A stretch of 64,000 bases of DNA from a virus (lineage: Duplodnaviria; Heunggongvirae; Uroviricota; Caudoviricetes), in IMG/VR virus record IMGVR_UViG_3300038345_000251, positions 96,001-160,000 of that record; one strand, given 5' to 3'. The position numbers and the translations under genes were made by a program. Shown piece after piece: positions 55,201 through 63,084 of the stretch (positions within the stretch are counted from its first letter, which is position 1; every line of letters starts with the position of its first letter). The notes under the pieces were generated by a model. The model did not search any database, was not told the DNA's origin, and worked only from the letters and a program-made list of their open reading frames with translations.

Positions 55201-57803
55201 ACAATGAAAAAATATTTGTTGAAAAAGTTAATGGAGAAAAGTTCTCATATCTTGATATTGCAAAATTATCAGCACAAGAATCAGGTGTTTATTGTTTACA
55301 ATATTCAAAGAACGAACAAAAACCTAAGAATTATACATCGTTTATTAACGGACTCCCATGTATTGACCCAGTTAATGTCATAACAACAGGAACAACAAGT
55401 AAAATTACCGCACATTTTCCATATAATGATAATGTTGAATTTAAAGAGTTTTTAAATAGTGCTGCAACACCATATGATAAAGCATATTTATTCTTATTTT
55501 CATTACCGATTAAAAAAAGTTATTTTAGTGATGGTTATTTTGGAATTAAATCACTTAAATCAGTTGGAAGTAATTTACAAAAAGTTGCAAAAAGTTGTTT
55601 GCTTAGAGAAGGTGCTTTTTATTATTGGCAAGAGAATTGGCAAACAATCAAAACACATTTTTATGAAAATTATGGTGCAACAATGACAGAAAACAGTATT
55701 CCAATAATTAAAACGGAAGAAAAGAATCCTGCACCAACATTATTTATGAAAAATGATAAGGAACAAGAATATATGACACTTGAATTAAAAGATATTCCTT
55801 TAAATAGGAAAAAGTTCCTTATTGATTATTTTAAAAGATGGGTAGAAACAGATTTTAAAACGGATATTGCTAATATTCAAATGAACGTTAGTGGTTTAAC
55901 TGATAGTGAAATGCAACGAGTTATGAATCTTTATCTTCATGGCGTTGTATATGTTGACTATTCACAACCGTTAGTGAGAAATTTATATGTTGGTAGCGGT
56001 TTTGACAAAAATGTTAAAATTGAAGGAGAAAATATTAAATTCTTTACTTCAATATATGATAAATTTAGAAATTATTTTTCTAATTTATATCCACAAGATA
56101 CGTTAACAACAAAACCAGATGCAATTAATTTACAAGATGTAGAAAAGGGTATAAAGAGTAGTATTGACTTAAAGTTATCAGTTTATTTAACTTTGCAATC
56201 ATTATATAATAAATTTATTGCAGGAAATAAACACGATAGATGGAAATATCAAGGAAAGGAATCTGATTTTAATAATTTTATCTACATGGATTCTTTTTAT
56301 AATTTGATTGGTCAAAAACTTATATTTAATAGTACAAGAATTCAACATATGTTATCTGATGTTACTGATAGTGTAAATGCGTTAGCAAATTCAGATACAA
56401 ATATGTATAAAGGTTCAGTATATGAATTTTTCTCAACAATTTGTCAGGAGAATGGGCTTAACTTATTGGCTTTACCTGTTAAACCATTTGTTACCGAAGA
56501 TAGTAATGGTGGTGTTGCTTGGCATTTGTTTGATAATATTCCATATTCTCAAATGGAAAGTGGTGAATCAAGTTGTTTTATTTCAATGTACACATATAGA
56601 CCTTCAGAACATCTTGATAATCCTGATGGTAATGGGTTATATGTATATAAAAATGATGGCTTTGATATTAATTTAAATGGTGAAAAAGATTTACCTATAC
56701 CGTTACAAGATTTCGGTGAATACGATAATGCACCAAGAATACCAGCATTTGCTGTATCATATGGTAAGCAAAATCAAAGTATTTTCAAAAAGATAACAGT
56801 ATCAACAGCCAATCCACAAATAACAGAACCGTCAATAGCAATGACTTTAAATATTGCAGCAAAAGGTGATAGTAATCCAAGAGATTCTGTTTTCTTTGGA
56901 CAGGATATTTATTCGGTTTATTCTAATTATTCATATACTTGTGATGTTGAAATGATGGGTTGTGCACCTATTATGCCATTAATGTATTTCCAATTGAATA
57001 ATATTCCAATGTTTAAAGGTGCATATATGATTATTCATGTTGAGCATAATGTTGTCGCAGGAAATATGACAACAAGATTTAAAGGTGTTAGAGTAAATAA
57101 AGCAGCAATACCTTTTGTTAAAGTTCCATATGTTTATACTGATGATTTGGGAAATAGAATTGTTAATGATGATGGTGAATACAGTGAAGATAGAACAGGT
57201 AAAAATTTCTACCCTACTAAGGAAAACCCACCAATTGTAGATTTTACTAATTCTACATCATGGGAAGAAAGAATGAGAGTTGCATTTAACATGGCATTTA
57301 ATTGTGAACATAAGACAAGTGGTGGTGAAATAAAGGGTATGTGTGGTAGATATACATATAGAATGGCATATGCATTTATTACTGGAGAAGACCCATGTAA
57401 TAAATTTCCTAATAAAAATGCTAGAGATATGGAAATGGATAAATATGATTTTGGTGGAAGAGGAAAATTTTATACTATGGAATGTCAGAAAACTTTTTTA
57501 ACAACTAATGAATGTAAAGATTTTATTAATAGTCAAAAATATAATGTTGGTGATGTTGTAATTTATTGGACAAATACACCTGTTAGGAATAGTGAAAATA
57601 AATTGGCTAGTTGTTATTTATACGGTCATGCACAAATATATACAGGTACTGAACACAGTAGCACGGTTAGTAATGGAGTATCAAGATGGGCTTCAAGTAT
57701 AAAAAATAACTATGGTACTTCTATGGTATATGCAAATACATATAAATCAACCCCTAGTTGGACAGTAAGAATATATAGACAGTTACTTTCACCAGTAGAA
57801 TAA
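52272..57803 (+). CDS. Large baseplate hub protein with C-terminal CHAP/NlpC-P60-like amidase
   Basis: N-terminal LGIESI..P.VTIRFVDVRG; YTCDVEMMG..I.PLMYF.L..PMF.G.Y.I..V.H; C-terminal GMCGRY..GDVVIY..YGHAQIY. Confidence 0.65.
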   Translation: MNETKVDRVGRFDYVEPMNLNLDLPDNAITHKPEDYCISVNLTVEVPSRFYKENNDTILVASSDNGSISFFGGSDFGGPISGESKDMSRGYLSTSWTDISVNNVGKGNRECLGIESINVAYSPNFFPMVTIRFVDVRGASLFMPQEESYRNWVNDNSYDPKRPFDGNSFFKSLFSMPSPIFKLTIKGFYGKQVTYKLLMSKFDSEFDSETGNFIANVQFAGYMYGVYTELPMSFIALSPYLDGLKYWEKKHFTLDNGIEIPTIPNLIKKIGEAVKQAPQESLQSEKGREFTETQALLTKLKEVKNNFPFKGFVKSEGEFGSESKRGIKFAEENYSNGEKKFTDVDELETRSRILAGQSKQVYYKIDPTNNTSLFSSNRVTYSSDSTGFDSKLREIKKGSIENYKEQLKELVDKHGKEYQRYVDDFDTLLDVLNYQKNIYENGELTQVANPVMCVLCKGGSGEKQVRGVDLVNKDKEKKTYGVSYLGFKIGEGASCRDCKPEDIEAICKKIEGEGFTYSSTVFVSRIITNILVWAEDEIKQLEKKYEKQEGEVREQQSEIAERLIGFPLTIKNVYDIIFAHIDTFMFRFYGHLNNITNDTVRKNLINGNFYSLLDVPDSCKDKEIPPFPTFVSKTEKDGEKITWPCVILNDDIEETKFVYEIINAALQLGNDIEATLKELENKSNANANAVNYPTGSDKRIPVTIFDLLYDGNVNPYVAVYERYKANPSIDVKKEIWFTFIMRCAYFGEIFAKYRTLYTTNSKSYGDLKKAQEDIFNGAHEYFAAAEACNIKKAFGNNLDMPVIVDMVNETANSTFKSELNSYITGTETTPFKNTSENWGKWNINFVKDFEVDDKHFAIPIKNLQLYSTRTDIGDGTCVDKNDEYVVFRKDGENTTETLNDKILNEKSIQVIERDDFFSKWVNLIKGDAVFQESKALENSQIGTFLDDFLNNYLGKYMYGGAVEKAGDSVDNPYRIGDNEKIFVEKVNGEKFSYLDIAKLSAQESGVYCLQYSKNEQKPKNYTSFINGLPCIDPVNVITTGTTSKITAHFPYNDNVEFKEFLNSAATPYDKAYLFLFSLPIKKSYFSDGYFGIKSLKSVGSNLQKVAKSCLLREGAFYYWQENWQTIKTHFYENYGATMTENSIPIIKTEEKNPAPTLFMKNDKEQEYMTLELKDIPLNRKKFLIDYFKRWVETDFKTDIANIQMNVSGLTDSEMQRVMNLYLHGVVYVDYSQPLVRNLYVGSGFDKNVKIEGENIKFFTSIYDKFRNYFSNLYPQDTLTTKPDAINLQDVEKGIKSSIDLKLSVYLTLQSLYNKFIAGNKHDRWKYQGKESDFNNFIYMDSFYNLIGQKLIFNSTRIQHMLSDVTDSVNALANSDTNMYKGSVYEFFSTICQENGLNLLALPVKPFVTEDSNGGVAWHLFDNIPYSQMESGESSCFISMYTYRPSEHLDNPDGNGLYVYKNDGFDINLNGEKDLPIPLQDFGEYDNAPRIPAFAVSYGKQNQSIFKKITVSTANPQITEPSIAMTLNIAAKGDSNPRDSVFFGQDIYSVYSNYSYTCDVEMMGCAPIMPLMYFQLNNIPMFKGAYMIIHVEHNVVAGNMTTRFKGVRVNKAAIPFVKVPYVYTDDLGNRIVNDDGEYSEDRTGKNFYPTKENPPIVDFTNSTSWEERMRVAFNMAFNCEHKTSGGEIKGMCGRYTYRMAYAFITGEDPCNKFPNKNARDMEMDKYDFGGRGKFYTMECQKTFLTTNECKDFINSQKYNVGDVVIYWTNTPVRNSENKLASCYLYGHAQIYTGTEHSSTVSNGVSRWASSIKNNYGTSMVYANTYKSTPSWTVRIYRQLLSPVE

Positions 57804-57804
57804 T

Positions 57805-57836
57805 GTTGTATTGGAAGATATTTTTTAGTATATTTG
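57805..57836 (+). promoter_or_regulatory. Bacteroidota-type promoter
   Basis: GTTG-N20-TATATTTG. Confidence 0.7.
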
Positions 57837-57855
57837 TAAAAAATGTTTTTCCAGT

Positions 57856-58446
57856 ATGAAATATTTAGGTAATATTGTAACAGATAGTAGAATCAATAAT
57901 TTAGAATACTATAACATTGTTAAGTCGTTAGAAAAGATTATACCTGATATACCGACACTAATTGTTGGTTATCATAAAACAATATCGGTATATGGTGAGA
58001 ATTTTAGTATTTTAGATTGGAAGTTGGACAATAACTTATATTGGACATATGGTAGAAGGGAACGAGGTGAAAGGTATCTTGAAGATATTGAAAAGTTTAA
58101 AGCAATATGTTTTAATGATATGATTAAAACCGTTGATTATCGGTTATTTAATGTGTTAGTTGAAGATGTAAACAAAAAGAAAGAATTTTTTAATTACATT
58201 AAAGATAAGAAACATAAAACCATATATATTGATAATGATATGGTTTATTTATATGAGGATAATAAACATGTTATTGGTTTTTCATTAAGAGATATTGATT
58301 ATAGTGGTGGAAATAAAAAAAAGATATTATCGGTTCTTTTATCAGATGTAAATAATAATATTTTATCAGCTAAAGAAGTATTTAATAATGAGTTTAGTAT
58401 GACGTTAAAAAATAAACCATATATAGTACCGTATTTATATAGTTGA
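57856..58446 (+). CDS. Hypothetical protein
   Basis: 196-aa ORF. Confidence 0.75.
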   Translation: MKYLGNIVTDSRINNLEYYNIVKSLEKIIPDIPTLIVGYHKTISVYGENFSILDWKLDNNLYWTYGRRERGERYLEDIEKFKAICFNDMIKTVDYRLFNVLVEDVNKKKEFFNYIKDKKHKTIYIDNDMVYLYEDNKHVIGFSLRDIDYSGGNKKKILSVLLSDVNNNILSAKEVFNNEFSMTLKNKPYIVPYLYS

Positions 58447-58462
58447 TTTTTGAGAAATAATA

Positions 58463-58471
58463 ACTATTTAT
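58463..58471 (+). promoter_or_regulatory. Putative late promoter ACTATTTAT
   Basis: Recurrent motif. Confidence 0.7.
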
Positions 58472-58493
58472 AATAAAATATAATATTGTAATT

Positions 58494-58811
58494 ATGGCAG
58501 TTAAACAAATTTATAAAAGGGTTAAATTAGGTATTAAGCCTGTAAGAGTTTCTTTAAATGAAGAAGTAGAAACCCCTATTGTAGAAAAAGAGCCGAAACC
58601 TGTTACTAAAAAAAGTAACAAGAAAAATAAAGAAGAAAAACAAGATGAAGATATGACAACTGAACAGTTTAACAGAGCAGAAGCATTGGCAATGGACATC
58701 AATGTTCCTAACCAAGTTAAAGTAGTTAAAAAAGATAGAGGTCTTATTGAAAGAACCGAATCATCAAAAATCATTCTTACAGAAGATAATAGACAAGTAC
58801 TTACAGATTAA
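58494..58811 (+). CDS. Late hypothetical protein
   Basis: 105 aa; C-terminal GLIER..IILTEDNRQVL. Confidence 0.7.
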   Translation: MAVKQIYKRVKLGIKPVRVSLNEEVETPIVEKEPKPVTKKSNKKNKEEKQDEDMTTEQFNRAEALAMDINVPNQVKVVKKDRGLIERTESSKIILTEDNRQVLTD

Positions 58812-58816
58812 TTATT

Positions 58817-59620
58817 ATGGACTACAATAAACGAATCGTAAACGAATATAAAGAAAAATTTCAACATCTTGTAGAATATACTAATGCAGGTAGTGCATTT
58901 AAAGTAAATGAAGATGGTGAAGACCCTAATATGATGGGTGCTGACCCTTCAATGGGTGGTGCACCTATGGGAGACCCTTCAATGGGTGGTGCACCTGGTA
59001 TGGATGCAGGAATGGGTGCTGACCCTTCAATGGGTGCTGACCCTAATATGGGTGGTGCACCTATGGGAGACCCTAATGCAATGGGTGGAGACCCTAATAT
59101 GATGGGTGCTGACGCTAATATGGGTGGTGGTGTTGAAGGTTTCAACCCACAAGGTGCTGGCTCTTCAATGGGTACTGACCCTAATATGGAAGGAGAAGAA
59201 GAGGAAGTTATTGATGTTGATGAACTTGTTAATAAACAAGATGAAACTGCTGAAAAAATTGACAAGTTAGCATCAAGTTTTGATAAATTAGTTGATACCA
59301 TGAAGAGTTTTAAAGACATGGTGGATTCAAGTAATGAAAGAATGGAATCATTAAAGGCTGAAATTGAAAGAAGAAACCCAACACCTGTTGAGAAATTATC
59401 TTTAAGGTCTGGAAATGGTTATCCGTTTAATCAGACACCTGATGAATATTGGCAGACAAAACAGGCAACATCAAATTATAGTACAGAAGATGATAATAAC
59501 GGTGCAGATGACCCTCAATATCAAATAACTAAGGATGAAATTGACAATTTTAATGATTATGCAAGTGTTGCAAAAGATTTAACCAACGATTTTAACCTTA
59601 GAGATATGTTTGGATATTAA
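58817..59620 (+). CDS. Late protein with Met/Gly/Asp/Pro repeats and coiled coil; possible head core/scaffold protein
   Basis: MGADPS/MGGAP/MGDPN repeats, acidic linker, heptad region. Confidence 0.7.
   Translation: MDYNKRIVNEYKEKFQHLVEYTNAGSAFKVNEDGEDPNMMGADPSMGGAPMGDPSMGGAPGMDAGMGADPSMGADPNMGGAPMGDPNAMGGDPNMMGADANMGGGVEGFNPQGAGSSMGTDPNMEGEEEEVIDVDELVNKQDETAEKIDKLASSFDKLVDTMKSFKDMVDSSNERMESLKAEIERRNPTPVEKLSLRSGNGYPFNQTPDEYWQTKQATSNYSTEDDNNGADDPQYQITKDEIDNFNDYASVAKDLTNDFNLRDMFGY
58922..59189 (+). repeat. Imperfect in-frame tandem repeats (ATGGGTGCTGACCCT / ATGGGTGGTGCACCT / ATGGGAGACCCT units)
   Basis: Directly visible 15-18 nt units. Confidence 0.85.
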
Positions 59621-59628
59621 TATGGAAA

Positions 59629-59663
59629 TGGGGTAGAATTTTTTTCCAGAATTTTCTACCCCA
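59629..59663 (+). terminator. Stem-loop terminator
   Basis: TGGGGTAGAA / TTCTACCCCA. Confidence 0.7.
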
Positions 59664-59667
59664 AATT

Positions 59668-59698
59668 TTTGTATTATTAAAACTTTTTTGTATTTTTG
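59668..59698 (+). promoter_or_regulatory. Bacteroidota-type promoter for the ssb-tk-uvsX operon
   Basis: TTTG-N19-TATTTTTG. Confidence 0.75.
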
Positions 59699-59784
59699 TA
59701 AAAAATTAGAAATCTAGCATCACTAAGAATAGTGGTGTATTAAAAAACTTTAAAAATAAATTTTATGTAAAAAAAAAATTTAAA

Positions 59785-60807
59785 ATGGGAAACAGAGTAA
59801 ACATTAACATTGACCCAGAATTAGTAAGCAAAATTGATTTAAACGAAAAAAAAACCGAAAAACAAGAAACACAAAGTACCTTTAACACAAAAAATTATCT
59901 CAACGTTAAATTAGACAAAGAAAACGGAGAACAGTCAAAAGAAATCACAATCAGGCTTCTGCCTATGAACCTTGAAACAGGTTATCCATTTGTTAGAGTA
60001 CATTTTCACAACATTAAAGTAAACAAAGCAATTTTTAACACAGAATGGAAATCTTATGTGTGCTTATCACAGAATGAAGACATTGACCATAATAAATTTG
60101 GTAATAAATGTCCGCTTTGTGAACAGAATCAGAAAGCATACAAGTTAGCAGAAAAAGAAACAGACGAAGCAAAGAAAAAAGCACTTTACAAACTTTCTTG
60201 CAGTTATAAGAGTAACGAAGCTGTTATTGTTCGTTGTATTGAACGTGGAAAAGAAAGTGAAGGTGTAAAGTTTTGGAAATTTAATCTTCGTGATGATAAG
60301 GCAGACCCTTATAATCAAATAATGGACCTTTTCAAATATAGAAGAAATAAATCTCTTGAAAAGGGTGACGAAGTTCCTGAAAATATTCTTGATTTGTATA
60401 ATGGTAGAGATTTGATTGTCACAATTAAGTCAACAGAAAAAAGTAACAATACAAATATTACAATTCGTCTTGATGAAGATAGAACACCTATTACAACTGA
60501 TGAAGAACTTCTTGAAAAATGGGTATATGATAAGAAAACATGGCAAGAAGTATTTCCACCAAAGGATTATGACTATATCAGTCTTGTAATTCAAAATAAA
60601 TACCCTTGGTTCGATAAGAAAAATAATAAATGGGTTGATAGAGACGAATTCAATAAAGATAAGGAAAATCAGGTAAAAGATGAAGACAAGAAAGTTGATG
60701 AGGCTGATAAGAAATTAAAAGAACCTGAAAAATACACTGAAGATTCATCATTAGCGAAGGATATTGAAATTGATGATGAAGATGATGGTGAAGAACTTCC
60801 ATTTTAA
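59785..60807 (+). CDS. Single-stranded DNA-binding protein (gp32-like)
   Basis: IRLLP..PF..VHFH, C..CPLCE Zn ligands, GVKFWKF, GRDLIV, acidic tail ending ELPF. Confidence 0.85.
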   Translation: MGNRVNINIDPELVSKIDLNEKKTEKQETQSTFNTKNYLNVKLDKENGEQSKEITIRLLPMNLETGYPFVRVHFHNIKVNKAIFNTEWKSYVCLSQNEDIDHNKFGNKCPLCEQNQKAYKLAEKETDEAKKKALYKLSCSYKSNEAVIVRCIERGKESEGVKFWKFNLRDDKADPYNQIMDLFKYRRNKSLEKGDEVPENILDLYNGRDLIVTIKSTEKSNNTNITIRLDEDRTPITTDEELLEKWVYDKKTWQEVFPPKDYDYISLVIQNKYPWFDKKNNKWVDRDEFNKDKENQVKDEDKKVDEADKKLKEPEKYTEDSSLAKDIEIDDEDDGEELPF

Positions 60808-60822
60808 AAATTATTAATAGTT

Positions 60823-61419
60823 ATGGCATTAATATTTAGATATGGAACAATGAATAGTGGTAAGTCACTACAATTGTTGGCTTTAGCATATAATCTTGAA
60901 ATGGAAAGTATACCATTTATTATTTTGAAGAGTGAAATTGATAATAGGGATGGAGAAAACACAATTCATTCAAGAGCAATTCCTGGTAATAGAGAATGTA
61001 TAACGGTTACAAAGACAGATAATATTGTTAATATGTTTCAGGATGTTGCATTTACAGGTATAAAATGTTTATTAATTGATGAAGTGCAGTTTTTGACACC
61101 TAAACAAATTGAACAATTAGCATTTCTTGTTGATACATATGGTATTGATGTATATTGTTATGGATTAAAAACAGATTTTAAGACAAAATTATTTCCTGCT
61201 ACACAAAGATTGTTTGAAATTGCAGATGAATTTGAAGAAATTAAATCATATTGTAAGTTCGATGGCTTTAGTAAAACTATGTTTAACGCACGTGTTGACA
61301 AAAACGGAAACATAGTAAGAAAAGGTGAACAAATTGAAGTAGGTGGAAATGATAGATATAGACCAATGTCAAGACAAGAATATTTTATTAGAACAAACTT
61401 ATATCATAAATTTGATTAA
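60823..61419 (+). CDS. tdk: Thymidine kinase
   Basis: YGTMNSGKS, IDEVQFL, YGLKTDF, IEVGGNDRY. Confidence 0.92.
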   Translation: MALIFRYGTMNSGKSLQLLALAYNLEMESIPFIILKSEIDNRDGENTIHSRAIPGNRECITVTKTDNIVNMFQDVAFTGIKCLLIDEVQFLTPKQIEQLAFLVDTYGIDVYCYGLKTDFKTKLFPATQRLFEIADEFEEIKSYCKFDGFSKTMFNARVDKNGNIVRKGEQIEVGGNDRYRPMSRQEYFIRTNLYHKFD

Positions 61420-61431
61420 AAAAAAATTTCT

Positions 61432-62640
61432 ATGGCAAAACAACCGTTAAAAAAGAAAGAAGTTAAAACACGTCCCAATGTGTTAGATTTTAAAGCAAAA
61501 ATGGGACTTGTTGCAACAAAAGAAGCAAGTAACGCTGATAAACCTATTGATTGGCTTATAATGCCTGATGCATATAAAGAAGCACTTAAATTACCTGGTA
61601 TTCCAATTTCTTATGTAACAACAATCATTGGACATTCTAATACAGGTAAATCAACTTTAGTTAATCATGCAATTGTTGCAGCACAAAGACAAGGGTTTAT
61701 ACCTGTTATATATGATACCGAAAATAACTTTGATTTCAAGTATGCTATTGATATGGGTATGGAAGCAACACCTATATATGGTGATATTGAAGTTGAAAAA
61801 GTTAATGAAGAAACAGGTGAAATTGAACTAACAAAAGAAAAGGGTCTTGTTGCATATGACGGTAATTTTATTTACTTTAACAATACTTTACTTGCTGAAA
61901 GATATGGTAAAAACGATTATTCAACAGGTAAGGAAACAGCAAAGGCAAGAAAGATTGCGGTAATTGAAGATATTGCTTATTCAATCAATGAATTACTTGA
62001 TGCACAGGATAATAATGAAGTTGGCGCAGGTTTTGTGTTTATTTGGGATTCAGTTGGTTCAATCAATAGTTTCAAGAGTTATAATAGTAAAGCTGGAAAT
62101 AGTATGTGGGATGCAGCAGCAATTAGTGTTGCGTTTAATCAAATCGTAAATGATAGGATTCCACGTTCAAGAAAAGTTTCAGCAGAATATGCTAATACTT
62201 TAATTCTTGTTAATAAAGTGTGGCTTGATTCAATGACAAATCCTGTTGGACCACCAAGTATTCAATTAAAAGGTGGTAATTCAATTTTCTATGCATCACG
62301 ATTAATTATTCTTCTTGGAGGACAATTGAAGGCTTCAACTAAGAAGTTGACTGCACAATCGAAAGGACTTACATATAATTATGGTATTCAGACAAAGATT
62401 AAGGTACTTAAAAATCAGTTACCAAATCCATATACAATAACATATGAAGGTGAAGTAATTTGTACCCCACACGGTATGATTAGTACTGACAAGGATGTAT
62501 TGGATGCTTATCGTAAAGAGCATGTAAACTACATTTTGAAGCAATTGAACGATGTAAGTGTTAGTAACAACAGTAATGTGGTAGTATCTGATTCTGATGA
62601 CATTACATTTACTGAAAGTGATGAAGAAGATGTTAATTAA
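61432..62640 (+). CDS. uvsX: RecA/UvsX-like recombinase
   Basis: GHSNTGKS Walker A, YDTEN, IWDSVGS, KGG. Confidence 0.85.
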   Translation: MAKQPLKKKEVKTRPNVLDFKAKMGLVATKEASNADKPIDWLIMPDAYKEALKLPGIPISYVTTIIGHSNTGKSTLVNHAIVAAQRQGFIPVIYDTENNFDFKYAIDMGMEATPIYGDIEVEKVNEETGEIELTKEKGLVAYDGNFIYFNNTLLAERYGKNDYSTGKETAKARKIAVIEDIAYSINELLDAQDNNEVGAGFVFIWDSVGSINSFKSYNSKAGNSMWDAAAISVAFNQIVNDRIPRSRKVSAEYANTLILVNKVWLDSMTNPVGPPSIQLKGGNSIFYASRLIILLGGQLKASTKKLTAQSKGLTYNYGIQTKIKVLKNQLPNPYTITYEGEVICTPHGMISTDKDVLDAYRKEHVNYILKQLNDVSVSNNSNVVVSDSDDITFTESDEEDVN

Positions 62641-62656
62641 AAATGTCTAAAAAAAG

Positions 62657-62696
62657 AAAAATAACTGGGAAGGGTTGCTTTTCCAGTTATTTTTTT
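62657..62696 (+). terminator. Intrinsic terminator overlapping the next promoter
   Basis: AAAAATAACTGGGAAG / CTTTTCCAGTTATTTTT. Confidence 0.75.
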
Positions 62697-62705
62697 GTAT
62701 TTTTG
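62674..62705 (+). promoter_or_regulatory. Bacteroidota-type promoter
   Basis: GTTG-N20-TATTTTTG. Confidence 0.7.
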
Positions 62706-62721
62706 TATAAAAGAAGACGAA

Positions 62722-63084
62722 ATGAAAATTAAGTTAGTAAGTTTTAATCAGTCAACAAGTGATGGCCATGTATATAAAAAAGAAGCATTTGAAGAATATT
62801 TGAATACACATAAAAATGAGTTATTTAACGTAACCATTAATGGCAGTAAAAATAGAATTGGTGTTTTAACACATATAGCTGAAGATGATAACGGTATTTA
62901 TGGTGAGTATTTTCCTTTGGAAACAGATACAGCAAAACTTCTTTCGCAAATGGAAAAAAAGAAGATTATAGAGTTTGAACCAACCGTAGAAAAAAATGAA
63001 TTAGGAAATATTAAGATTAATGAAATTTCTATAGTAAAGAAAAAAGATAAGAAGAATGGGACAACCAGTAAGAAAAGCAATTAA
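62722..63084 (+). CDS. Hypothetical protein, weakly prohead-protease-like
   Basis: ATG 62722; TSDGHVYKKEAF..GIYGEYFPLETDTAKLL. Confidence 0.55.
   Translation: MKIKLVSFNQSTSDGHVYKKEAFEEYLNTHKNELFNVTINGSKNRIGVLTHIAEDDNGIYGEYFPLETDTAKLLSQMEKKKIIEFEPTVEKNELGNIKINEISIVKKKDKKNGTTSKKSN

Noticed and set aside
58922-59189. CRISPR array
   Set aside because: The repeats are in-frame coding units with no unique spacers.
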